DNA from: Oikopleura dioica
Lineage: Eukaryota; Animalia; Chordata
DNA length: 64,000 bases
Assembly: GCA_907165135.1 (NCBI GenBank)
Contig: OU015569.1
Span: 7,812,001 to 7,876,000 of the forward strand
Direction: 5' to 3'
In this document: one piece after another, positions 52,701 to 64,000 of the stretch
How positions within the stretch are numbered: position 1 is the first letter of the stretch
How the letters are laid out: the number at the start of each line of letters is the position of its first letter
Position numbers and translations under genes: made by a program
The notes under the pieces: model-generated
Told to the model about the DNA's origin: nothing
Databases searched by the model: none
Seen by the model: the letters and a program-made list of their open reading frames with translations, nothing else

Positions 52701-55700
52701 GTTCTCTTGTGAAGACGTTGATGAGTGCATAGGTGTAAACACATGTAGTCCAAATGCAGTTTGCCAAAATACAGTTGGCAGCTATACTTGTTCTTGCAAA
52801 GATGGATTCGTTGGTGACGGGCAAAACTGCGAAGACTTTAACGAGTGCTCGATGCGACCCTGTCATTTGATGGCCGATTGTAACAACTCAGTCGGAAGCT
52901 TCCAATGCGAGTGTATTGAGCCTTCGTGGAATGGGAACGGATTTAGCTGCACAAAAGACATCTGTTCTGGCTGCATTGAGCAGGCACGTTGCGAAGACAG
53001 CGGATTGTGTAGTTGTCCACCTGGCTTTAGCGGGTCTGGATATTCTTGTCCTAAGAATACTCTTGCAATTCCAGTGAAAGAAACGGTTGATAATTTGTTT
53101 CCATGTAAGATATCGATAAAATTTCGTTTTCCTTCAGAAAAGCACACGTGCGTACATGTTATACCGCGCTCAGAATGCAAATTAACCGTCCTCAGTCGCC
53201 CCATCTTCAGTCGATTTTGACGTGTGCACAGATGAATACTGGAGTCAAATAGCATCGGACGATGATAACTGCGTTTTTATTGACGCCAGTGTTCTTTCCG
53301 ACTCACCGTGCTTGGATGAAGTGTCGCGTAGAAAAATTCAGATTTTTGTCACTGTCGATGTTTCAGACGTTTCTATCGAAAATATTATGGAAGAAATAGT
53401 GGCTATAACGGAATCATCGCCAGTGAGACTATCCGGAATTCATCTGAAAAATCCGGAAAGGGGAAACAATTTAAAAGCCGATCGTAAATTTGCCAGTGTT
53501 GCTGTAGAATGAACAGTGCAGATAATATTTCATCAATATGTTTCATCCTCAATAGAATACCGAAATGGGCTTTGACGATCCTTCATTCGACGTCATTTTT
53601 GAATATATCCGTAGCCTTGGGCTCAAAATATCTATACTCGGATATGGACAACTGTGGTCTATTAATACAGTCCAAAAAATCGACACCATTGTGGTCTTCG
53701 AGGGCGGTTACGATGACTTTATGTTAGACTGTGGAGAATTTGGTGTGGGTCCGTTCTGCAAAGAAGGTCGACTGGGTGCAAATGCTATCAATGAAGTCAT
53801 TTACTCCGTTAAAAAGAGGTGATAGAAAGAAGTAAATATTCAATTTTACATCATTTTTTTATCGAAATGATAATACATCTATGTAATATAGACTTTTATT
53901 TATATCACCCAACAGGCGATTATGTCGATCGAGGAAAATTTTTAACGTTTTTCTTCGACATTCCCATGGAAGACATTGAAATTTTACTCGACGAGCATTT
54001 CGAAGGTGACCTCGGTGGAGGTATCTTCATCTCTGATCAAAAACTCGACTCTGTTACATACAGACCATCGTATTTCCAATATCTTCAGCATCTTGTTCTA
54101 AAAAAATCTCGTGAGAGGAACAAACTTTCAAACTGTGGCTGCCGAGATGTTGATGAATGCGCTACCGGAAAATCAACTTGCCCAAGTCACTCAGATTGCA
54201 CAAACATTGCTGGAGGATATCGATGCTCTTGCTCGGCCGGATTCGCGGAAATCCTAAATGAAGGCTCGATGACATGCATTGATATTGATGAGTGTTTTTT
54301 TGGAACCCATAAATGCTCCATCAATGCAGTCTGTCATAATACCGTTGGGGGTTTTGACTGTACATGCAACAGTGGCTTTATTGGCGATGGAGAAATCTGT
54401 GAAGACATAGATGAATGCAACGATTCCACAGAAAGCTTATGTGCCGCGAATTCCCACTGCGTCAATTTCGAAGGCACCTTTGCTTGTATTTGCGATTCCG
54501 GATTTTCAGGATCGGGTAGAAGTATCCAAGGATGCCAAGACGTTGACGAATGCGCTCTTCGTACAGCGTCATGTCCAGAGAACTCCAAGTGTATAAATGT
54601 GCTAGGCGGGTTCACTTGTAACTGTAATCCTGGCTACGAAAGAAGATCTGATCAGTGTGTCAATATCGACGAATGCGCAAATGACTCAGGTTAGGCTGCT
54701 ACACTGCTCAAATATATATGAGATTATATCAATCGAAAGGGAAAATATCTTTTACTTCAATACTAAGCTATATACAGAAAATAAACGTATCGTCGTTTCA
54801 TCCATATTTAGACCGGTGTCACCCAATGGCCAAATGTACGGATACAGACGGAAGTTACTTTTGTGAATGTCTAGGAGATCTTCAAGGCGACGGCTTCAAC
54901 TGTGCTCAGGCTCGGATTCGACTACCGCTTTGAGTCAAACCTTTGACATTTAGATTTATGAAGCGTCTACTAGAGTAGCATGGCAAGCGTTTCCAGTCTA
55001 ATTCCACAAAAGGACATATGTAGCTCGTGCACTTCGATTGCGGATTGCGACGGAGATTCTTGCCTGTGCCCAGCTGGATACAAGGGCACTGGGGTTGAAT
55101 GTCCGACGACTGACGGTCTCATGGTCCCGATGACTCCATCTTTGATTCCGTCTTTCGACGACAAGACGCGTGAATGCACAGATGATTACTGGTTAACGAT
55201 CGCTGAAATACCTGGATCTTCCGTTATAATCGACAACCCATCTGGGAAGTGGAAACCGTGTATGCACGATATACTCACTAAGGGCGTTGATGTTTACATT
55301 CGTCTTTCAACAACAGCAGAAGACGCGGTTAACAAGCTGAACTTTATCAGCTCAAATTTCAGAAACAGATTTTCGGGAGTTTACTTGGAGCCTTGCTCGG
55401 AGACTAAAATAACTATGGTACGTACAATGATGGTGACCATGTTTTCTAAAGAATTATTTTACTTGATATTTGTTTTTGAAATTGTGGAAAATACTTATTT
55501 ATAGACACTCGCAAAATCTCTTGGTCTTAAAGTTGCTGTCGATTTATCAGACTGTTTTGTTTTCGACGATTTCATGAAGTCCGCTGATATGATAACCCTC
55601 TATCGCGGAAATATGGAGAACTTCGATGGTAGCTGCGGCCATTATGGAAAGGGTCCATTCTGCTCTCATGATCGAAGCGACGATATCGACCGTTTGTACC

Positions 55701-58700
55701 AATGGAGCGTGTCGTTAGCAGACAAGTCTAAAGTTCCGAAGTTCGTTTCAATGATCTTCGAAGTTCCAGCATCAGGGTTTACGACTGCGGTTGGTAGTCA
55801 TTACAGGATCATGGGAATCGTTCATGAGCGTTGCGGAAAAATATAAAACGGTAGCTTTCGAAAAAAGAACCGATTTACGTCAATAGAGAATTGCTCTCTT
55901 CCGTCTGACATGTTTCCATTTTTTTCATGTTTTTTTCGTTTAAAATATGTTAATCATATCTATTCCACGCAATCCTTCACTCTATGATTATTCCTTAACA
56001 GCCAGCATTTTCGCGGAGGGATGTTTATAACTGACTCAACCCAGACTGGTCAATTAAGACCCAGTTACTTTAGAGCAATAAGTAACCTGGTTCTTGACCA
56101 TAAAGAGCTACAGACGCCTTGCGATTGCATTGAAATTGACGAATGCGCGGAAGAGCTGGCCGAATGCCCCCCGAAATCGGAGTGCAAGAATTTGGTGGGC
56201 ACGTACGATTGTATTTGCGACGCTGGATTTGAGAAAGTTTCCTCTGGAGAGTGTGTCGATATCAATGAATGTCGACGAGAATCCGGTATTTTTTATATTT
56301 TAAACTAATCAATACCTTGTGCTCTCTAGGTCTCTGCCACTCGGAAGCTGTTTGCATCAACACTATCGGCAGTTTTGATTGCGCTTGTAAAGAAGGTCTT
56401 TTTGGATCTGGCAAAAATGAGAGAAATGGTAAATTAACTTCACGTAGAAATAATTCAAAGTCAAATTCTATAGGATGTGTTGATGCGGATGAGTGCAGGA
56501 TGGACAGTAACAAATGTGCATTTAACGCTATCTGTAAAAATACTCACGGTTCTTACGAATGTACTTGTAACGAAGGCTACACTGGAAATGGACATATTTG
56601 TGAAGACGTCAATGAGTGTGTAGAACTCACGCATGAATGTCCAGAAAATAGCAAATGTTTCAATAACGATGGATCATACTTCTGTGAATGCCTAAGGATA
56701 GTGTCTTATATAGAGAAAATTAATTAGAGAAGATTTTGTTTGAATTTTTTTTTTATCGATAAGAATTGATAAAGCTAATTTAAACGCAATCAAAAGTGGC
56801 TACGAATCGTCGGGACAAACTTGCGTTGATGTTGATGAATGCTTGCTTGGCAGTCACGAATGTCATTTGATGGCGGAATGCGAGAATACAGCCGGAAGTT
56901 ATTCTTGCATGTGTATTGATGATTGGGACGGTGACGGAATCACTTGCTCCCAGCACATCTGCGATCTTTGTTCAAGTGAAGCGCATTGCGAAGAAAATTC
57001 ATGCTTTTGCAACAAGGGGCTTCAAGGAAACGGTTTCTAAAATCCTACACATGATCCACTTTTATCGAGAAAGCGGATTTTTAGGCAACTTTATTTAAAC
57101 CAAAAAAGGATCTGGAATTGCTTGCGGTCCAGCCAAATTCCCGTTCATCGTTCATCAAGATCAGTCTTGCAATGATTTGTTGAAGAACCTCTCTCTCGAA
57201 AAGACCATGTTCATCTTCACCGTTCCAAATAATCCATGCTCCGAGGAGATTCGAGGCAAGGGTGGCGAGACATGGATTTTTTCCGACAATATTCAACCTG
57301 AGAAATATACTGGAATATTGGTTTCAGAGCATTTACTCTCCAGCCATTACGTCAACTCTCTTCGCAAAGAAGGTCTTCTTGTAGGTCAAGGTTCAAGAAA
57401 TCTTTTCTTCTTCGAAAGGTGCTTATGATAGTATTTATCTTTCTTGACTCTATAAAAGGCGTTGATCTTACAGATTCTTTTAATAACGTAATCGCGAGCA
57501 CTGAAATTCTAGACGAGCTCGATTTCATTCTCTACTCGGCTGGACCCATGAATAGTTATTTGGAGAAATGTTCAGACTCAAGCTTCGACCTGTGCTTTAA
57601 AAAGGCGTCACATAATCAAGGCGCTGAATTAAAAAATGTCACCAAGAACAGATCAATCGGGCACATCCTTTATAATGTTGCCTGGGACGACTTTCCACGC
57701 GTGCTAGACACGTTTGAGGCTTTTGGAGGAAATATCTTCTTGACTGACAAAAACCCAGACGAAGCGGGTTTTCCGATATACTTAGATGACGAAAAACTCA
57801 TACTTGCAAGAAAGAGCTCTGGAAACTGCGGATGTTCGGATATTGATGAGTGTGCCGCTAAGATCCACGATTGTCCTGAGCACTCCACGTGTGTGAATAA
57901 TTACGCGGGCTTTTCATGCGAGTGTGATAAGGAAAGAGTTTATTTTCAATTATTTAAGATCTTTTCTATGTGGTGCCATATTTACATAGTTGGTCCTCAA
58001 AACAAAAAATCAATTTAAAACTTGGCAAGGGATTTATAAAAGAATCTGGCGAGTGCCACGACATTGACGAATGTCAAATTGATTCTTGTCCTGTTCACTC
58101 CGAGTGCGTCAATACAAATGGCTCTTTTGACTGCAATTGTGTCGACGGATTTATCATGGATGAAGGCGAGTTTATTTGTCAGGATGTGGACGAGTGCTCC
58201 TTCCGCGTGAACGTTTGCCTCGCTGACGAGAAATGCAATAATGAAATTGGCAGTTTTTCCTGCGAAATGGATCGTAACACAAATTATGACGAATGTCAAT
58301 TAGGAGAGGTTCATAGTTTGCTGCCATAAAACGAATAAGAACTCATAGTATTAGCGAGAGAAATTTTAGTGGCTGAACCTTATAAAGGCACCCATTTGTG
58401 CCCAGTTAACTCGGTATGCACCAATTCATATTACAGAATTACTCCTCGTGGTTACACTTGTTCGTGTGCCCCCGGTTTCGAATGCAAAAACTGCTTTACT
58501 GGGATGAATGTTGATGATTACGCATGTGACGATATTGACGAATGTACTGAAATGCTTCATGACTGTCACGAGTCAGAGATTTGCTCTAATCTACCGGGAA
58601 CTTACCAGTGCCTCTGTGAGACTGGTTTTGAGCTTTCAGCAAGCGGAGAGTGCGTACCAGTGAGGAATAAAATAAGAAAATCACTAATCACCATCAACTT

Positions 58701-60216
58701 TGCCTAAGATATTCAATTCAATATTGACAATTAATTAATTAAATTTTGATAATTTTAATCCTGCTAATAGTTGACCCGTGCGCGCATGGTAACCACAACT
58801 GTCCATCGTTGGCTGATTGTACCGCTATTTCTTCTGGAGATCCCAGTGAACCGACCTTCCAGTGCTCCTGTCAGCCAGGATACGAGTTTGAGCCTTTAAA
58901 CTCTAACAATTCTGTCATTATTTGTTCTGACGTTGACGAGTGCGAGAAGCATCAACACAATTGCTCTGGAAATGAAATCTGCCATAACCTCGAGCCAGGA
59001 TTCGAGTGTCACCAAGCAGATTGCGCGCAACTTGACTGCTCGCATTCGTGTCTGAATAACACATGCGTTTGTCCTGAAGGAATGAAGCTCGACGACACTG
59101 AAATAAACTGTCAGATTAAAGACAGCGAAGTTGATATCATGTGCGATGGTGATTCTATGAAGGTAGACCAGTTTAAACATCAAGAAATCGGTTAATCATT
59201 TTATTCAGGTCCTCGTTCGGAAGGCATTTTATTCGCAGATGTCAGTACTCCAGTTGGCCGATCCTACTTGCAACATGGAAAATGGAAACGTAGTTGATGT
59301 CAACGAAGAATATTTTATGGTAACGGCGCCACTGGACGGATGTGGAACTCGAGTAGAAGTCGATGATAAGCACATTTTGTTTATTAACACGCTTTACGAC
59401 AATAAAGGAAGAGCTCAGGATCCGAAATCGGGAGCTTGGATTCGAACACATTCTGTTGTAACGTTAGAGTTTGCATGTGCATATCAAACTGTTGTCGATG
59501 TTGACAGTGAAGTCACTGTTGAGCCAGCTTACGTCAAAGGTTATATTAAAAGTATTTACGACAAAACATAATCCTAATTTTCAAGGATCTAGTCGAGGCA
59601 CTGGCAATTTCGATTTCAAGCTGCAAACTTACTCCGACTCAACATACAGTACTGTTGCAAATGATGGCTTTAAAACTGGAGAACTTATGTTTTTCGATAT
59701 AAGACTTGACCGAGCTGTTGAAGGAGTTCAGTTTACAGGTAATTATTCATCATGAATGGCATTGTCAATCGCAGATCGGTAAATAATTCATACGTAAATT
59801 CACGTCAGCCTGTTCCGAAATTATTTACCCAGTGCGATTTTCTGATTTTAATTTAGTGACGGACTGTACGGTTTGGGACAAAGCAAAAGAAAAACACTAT
59901 AATGTGATAGAAGATCAATGCCTCGACAGCTATATCAAGGCAGCTTCGCTAGATCCTGTTGTTGTGCCATTCCGAGCAAGATTTTCATACATAGGTAGGA
60001 CTAGTGTGAAGAAAGCCAGCGCATCAGAATTTAGTGTTTGAGTTTTTGGGAGCAAAAGACGCCTCCGAAGTGACACTTTCGTGTAAGATAGCGATTTGCC
60101 ATCCTGGCGATGTCTTCTATTCTCAATGCGCAGCAGGATGCGACCTCCCAAACCAGCCTAGTCCCGAGAGCCGAAAACGAAAGCGGCGTAGTTCAGCCCT
60201 TGACATCATTTTTTAA
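43745..60216 (+). CDS. Giant extracellular protein: 9 Spherulin-4/GH135-like barrels alternating with calcium-binding EGF arrays (~39 cbEGF), C-terminal ZP domain and furin site
   Basis: About 39 D(I/V)(D/N)EC...C.N..G(S/G)(F/Y).C repeats. Nine ~250-aa non-EGF repeats begin near 43930, 45020, 46330, 47810, 49335, 51545, 53060, 55120 and 57120. ZP-N reads CDGDSMKV...APLDGCGT...LEFACAY; ZP-C reads CTVWD...EDQC...FEF...[14 protein letters not shown] precedes the stop at 60216. The 5' end and signal peptide are not resolved, and two homopolymer frameshifts are present. Confidence 0.82.
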
Positions 60217-60360
60217 CTGCTTCTTCCAATAAAACGAGCAAGATATCATCATCACAAAATAATCGACTTGAAGAATCTTTGTATTGTATTGACGAATAAA
60301 TCGCAGATAGATTTTAGTTTATGGCAGTTATTTTTATACAGTTTGAGGAAATTCCACTTT

Positions 60361-60591
60361 CTAGTGACGAATTCTTCGAAGAACATAAGTTCCGTAGTAA
60401 AGCACAAGGCATAAGAAGCAGATAAAGACAAGGAGGAGAATCCGGAAGATGTTAAAAAGCTCGTCGGATTGCTTTCGCAAGTACTGAATTCTCTGAGCTT
60501 GTTTACGCTCTTCGACGCACAAGTTTGTTGGCATCATTCGGCGAGATTGTTTACGGCAAGAGGACGACTTCGACATGTTCTGTGGAATCAA
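60361..60591 (-). CDS. Possible small tail-anchored membrane protein; 5' end uncertain
   Basis: The ORF ends in a single hydrophobic stretch (ILLLVFICFLCLVLYYG) followed by basic residues and sits ~480 bp downstream of LCLAT1. No homology recognised. Confidence 0.3.
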   Translation of the reverse strand: MIPQNMSKSSSCRKQSRRMMPTNLCVEERKQAQRIQYLRKQSDELFNIFRILLLVFICFLCLVLYYGTYVLRRIRH

Positions 60592-61067
60592 GAAAACTCA
60601 GCAGGCTAAAGGAACTGGAGAAGTACAAATTATGAATGGAAAAAATAATTCCTGCTTGCTTTATACGTTGAGAAACGAAGCACGAGTAAGACCAACAGCG
60701 CCACCCGGCGATTAATACGGTGACTAGTAACTTCCCTTCCGAAGAATACCTTCTCATCGGAAACTCAAAATTTTCACAGACAGGACCATTAAGAAATCTC
60801 TAATCAGACAATTCTGGTCTGCGGGATTTAAAAGATCAAGATACTTGATTCAAGAATAAAGGCTGAAAATTCGAGGAACATGTAATCAGCTTAATCATAA
60901 ACCCGGCCGCTCTGCTACCTTTGTTGACAAAATGGAAAATCTCATGAAACTGCTGATAATATTCTTAAATGAACGACAAACGATTTGAATCAAAAAGCTT
61001 TAAACTGAATAGCATTCTCAAGAGAAGGATTCTGAGTCTTAAGATATTCTTTGATTTAGTTATTTTA

Positions 61068-62685
61068 TTATTGAATCTTTTTCCATCGCAGAAATCGTTG
61101 AGCTTTTAGGATTCTAGTAAGGCAGTAGGATAACGAGAAAAATTTCTGTTGAACAAAAATCGTGGTAACGATGGCGATAGTCAGAAAAGGCAAAAAAGCC
61201 CAGAAGTTGGTAAGGTGAACAAAAGTCCGCCAGCACCAAAATAAAACGCCAAAACATTTTGCGGCGTTTTCGAAAACTGAGGTCGAATATGGCTGAAGAA
61301 TTTGCTGATTGTCGTAGTACGTTTTGTCGGCAAAATGTTCATCTAGCATTTTGTCTTTCTCGCGCCAAATTTTCTCCAAAAATCGCTCTGGATCTTTTTT
61401 GGCAGATGCTATTTCATATCTATTTAAAATAGTGATTACACTTTCTTTCAATGGTAAAAAAGTACCTTTTTAGGACGACATTTGTGACAGGTGGCATACA
61501 ACCGGTGAAGAGTGCTGGCTCGTGTTGGGGTATATGTTGTTCGTAGGAAGTCGTTATATCGTAAATGGCATCAAAGAAGTTATCCTCGTTTTCCATCAAA
61601 AATTTGAAGCCTGTTGTACGAGGCAAAAGTAGATGAGAAAGCGGTTCGACGCCGGCTTTTTTTGCGAATGAGTTCGATTTCCGGATCATGTCGGGCCAAT
61701 AGACCGTCCCTTCGGGGAAGAAGTAGAACGACACTGAAAATAAGTTTGAATCAGTCTATAAAATATGCATCAATTAATGTCTAAGGATTGAGCAATAATG
61801 CTGAATTATGAACTCGGCCTGGGCTTAGAAGGTATGCAATCGGCTTACCGTTGTCCATTGTCTTAGAGTAAAGCTCCAAGCAATCCAGAATATGCTCCCT
61901 GTCGTCTTCGAACCGCCTCTTCAGAAATACGTGGCAGGCGAGGGAAAGAAACCACCCGACTCCAGGTACAAATCTAATCATAACTCTACTCCAGCTCAGA
62001 AACTTCACCCACCTTAATGGAGCCTTGAGGGAGAAGCGAAGACCGCCAACTTTTCCGTGATTGTACAGAAAATTCAGAATAATAAGCCAGTCCATTCTTG
62101 TGCGGTGGTTGGCGAGAATAAGAATCTTTTTATCTTTTGGTCGAAAAGTTTCTTAAAAAGAGGTCCTGACTTTGCATTAAACTAGTTTATCACCTCCGTA
62201 ATGTTTGTAAGAACAATTGTGTAAACACCGAAGGCCAAGGACTACAATTTGATTCCAGGTGACTTGGACGAAGTTGAAAAAGAAAAATAGAAGCTTGGGC
62301 GAAAGCAAAAGCAGGACAGCACACACATAGAAGGCGTAAGTGAAACTAAATAAGGAGAAACTCGAAAGACGTATGACGAGTGAAATAGTCTAAAATATTG
62401 ATCGGGCAGAATGAGTCCGCCACTAAGAAGAACTTTCGGTTATCAAGTAGAACCTACTGTCCACATAATTAATAAAAGCAATAACTGGTAGAAAAGGAAA
62501 TAATGCGGAAAGTGTACGGGGAAGAAGAAAACAACATACCCACTAATTCCAGTTAGTACTAGGACGGCGCTGAAGGTAGTTCCTTTTGCAAAATTAAGAA
62601 TCTTCTGCGACCATGTCTGCTCGCCTGGGGCCATCACCAGTTTCGCATACTCCTTGTGCTCCATCTCTGCATACTTATCCGCCAT
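61068..62685 (-). CDS. LCLAT1: Lysocardiolipin acyltransferase (AGPAT family)
   Basis: NHRTRMDW, LKAPL..VPGVGW, VFLKRRFEDD, FFPEGT, LLPRTTGF and DAIYDITTSY match LCLAT1 motifs. Start position approximate. Confidence 0.88.
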
Positions 62686-63259
62686 TTTTATGTCGATTTT
62701 ATATCGCTCGTTATCCTTTTCTCTACCCGGCGACTGAACCAGGGAGTTAATTGCCGTTTCGTTTGAGAAAATCAAATGAGCGATAAACGCCGTGATGCTC
62801 AGCCACTGCCCTGTCGCACTCACCCTCTATTTTCGTCGTTCTTTTTTTCTGTGCAACGCGGCGCACACAGACGGTAAAAAGTCTTTTGTTTTCGTTCTAT
62901 TTCGCCTTGCCTCGCCACGAATATCCGATTTTCATTGGTGCTTATTCTCTTCTTAAATCACAAATCTGATGATCATTTACGATTTTTTAAGTGAATTTGA
63001 CGCCCGCGGCTATTCAAAAGCAACAAAGTAGAACGATAAATTAACAGTTAAGTTCATCAAATCGACATTATGTTAGAGTCTGAGTTTATTTCAAAAACAT
63101 TTTTCTCTTTTCGCGGCGATTCTTTAATTATGACAAAAAAGAGAGGGTGCAATTTCAACACAGAAAAACTAAACGTGGCCACTCTCGCACATGGTCAGAC
63201 GTGCCCAAGGTCTTCGTTTTTTTTCCAAAAGACAAGACAAACAAAGAGGACGCGAGTCT

Positions 63260-63810
63260 GGGTGCGCGTCAATAGCTACGGTTTGGGGGGTTTGCGTCAC
63301 TGGTTACGGTTGCGTCAATAGCTACGGTGCGTCAATAGTTACGGTTAAAAATGAGTCATAGGGACCATAGCAATTGACACACAGTTTAGGGTGGGCATCA
63401 ACCTTGGTCGGGTTTGCCGGTAAATTAGAAAATTACAAGAATCTAAAGCTATCTAGGTCGGTCGGAAAGAGAATGTGGTGGTTTTTGGCTTACAAAAATG
63501 ATTCCAATACAAAAAATACCTTTTTTAGCCTTGATCCAATAAAAATTGTCCGACTATGTTACTTATTCCTTTTTTTGCAAGCGAAAAGCGACCACACTCT
63601 CGTTCGGACAGACCTAGATAGCTTCAGATTCTTGTTATTTTCTAAATTGCCGGCAAACCCGACCAAGGTTGATGCCAACCCTAAAGTGTGTGTCAATTGC
63701 TATGGTCCCTATGACTCATTTTTAACCGTAACTATTGACGCACCGTAGCTATTGACGCAACCGTAACCAGTGACGCAAACCCCCCAAACCGTAACTAATG
63801 ACGCGCACCC
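63260..63810. mobile_element. 551-bp Mutator-like MITE with ~225-bp TIRs and 9-bp TSD
   Basis: Ends are GGGTGCGCGTC...GACGCGCACCC. Identical CGCGAGTCT flanks both sides (63251-63259 and 63811-63819). Each arm has four subterminal copies of a GCGTCA(A/C)T(A/G)G(C/T)TACGG unit. No transposase is present. Confidence 0.9.
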
Positions 63811-64000
63811 CGCGAGTCTGCTGAGCAATTTTAAAGTTGCGTCGTATATTGTTCTGGCTGACTTCTACAATTGATCATAAGATAGAGTATCAAAAATTTT
63901 CATTTATTCATTTAACTTCATCCTGATTCAGGATATTTCGCGTGAAAAGGCAGACAATTTGCGTTTTCATTTTGCGTCGCATGTTTTTTTAAACGCTGAA

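Noticed and set aside
44727-59451. Many minus-strand ORFs rich in HSS/THS/QLP over the EGF arrays
   Set aside because: They are antisense shadows of Cys/Asp/Glu/Gly-rich EGF codons.
43745-60216. Calling the EGF-rich gene fibrillin, or treating its ORF fragments as separate genes
   Set aside because: No 8-Cys TB domains are present. The fragments keep one module order, join through short introns, show no recognisable internal signal peptides and share a single terminal ZP domain.
63260-63345. Short direct repeats as a CRISPR-like array; ORFs 63070-63321 and 63374-63748 as genes
   Set aside because: The repeats lack unique spacers, are mirrored in the opposite TIR and sit in eukaryotic DNA. 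The ORFs run through MITE arms and show no transposase motifs.
1-64000. tRNA, rRNA, snRNA/SL RNA genes or autonomous transposons
   Set aside because: No cloverleaf, rRNA-like, Sm-site hairpin, reverse transcriptase or transposase signatures were recognised by eye. Small ncRNAs cannot be excluded without Infernal/tRNAscan-SE.

Overview
Compact eukaryotic (animal) DNA with very short introns (mostly 30-80 nt), GA-AG/GC-AG splice sites and splice-acceptor AGs directly before start codons. These traits point to the appendicularian tunicate Oikopleura or a close relative (inference). Housekeeping genes fill the middle of the window: NIPBL/Scc2, a Yippee-family gene, AP-1 mu, eIF3K, TMEM87, a tetraspanin, topoisomerase II and MFSD11; LCLAT1 lies near the right end. 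Two giant secreted modular genes stand out. The first (795-9547, minus) is a six-domain trypsin polyprotease with a dead first domain, TSP1 repeats, poly-Thr mucin stalks and five novel 6-Cys modules. The second (about 43745-60216, plus) is a roughly 4500-5000 aa EGF/ZP-domain protein with nine copies of a domain that resembles the fungal/bacterial Spherulin-4 (GH135, Sph3-like) glycoside hydrolase barrel. Only the first copy keeps the putative catalytic Asp and Glu. This protein is the best candidate for an undescribed system. Other notable items are a BTB + 3x dsRBM fusion protein, a LOTUS-like + Tudor gene and two palindromic non-autonomous elements, one with a perfect 9-bp TSD. Several 1-nt frameshifts in homopolymer runs are probably assembly errors. 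Domain calls come from motif recognition by eye and have not been checked by database search.
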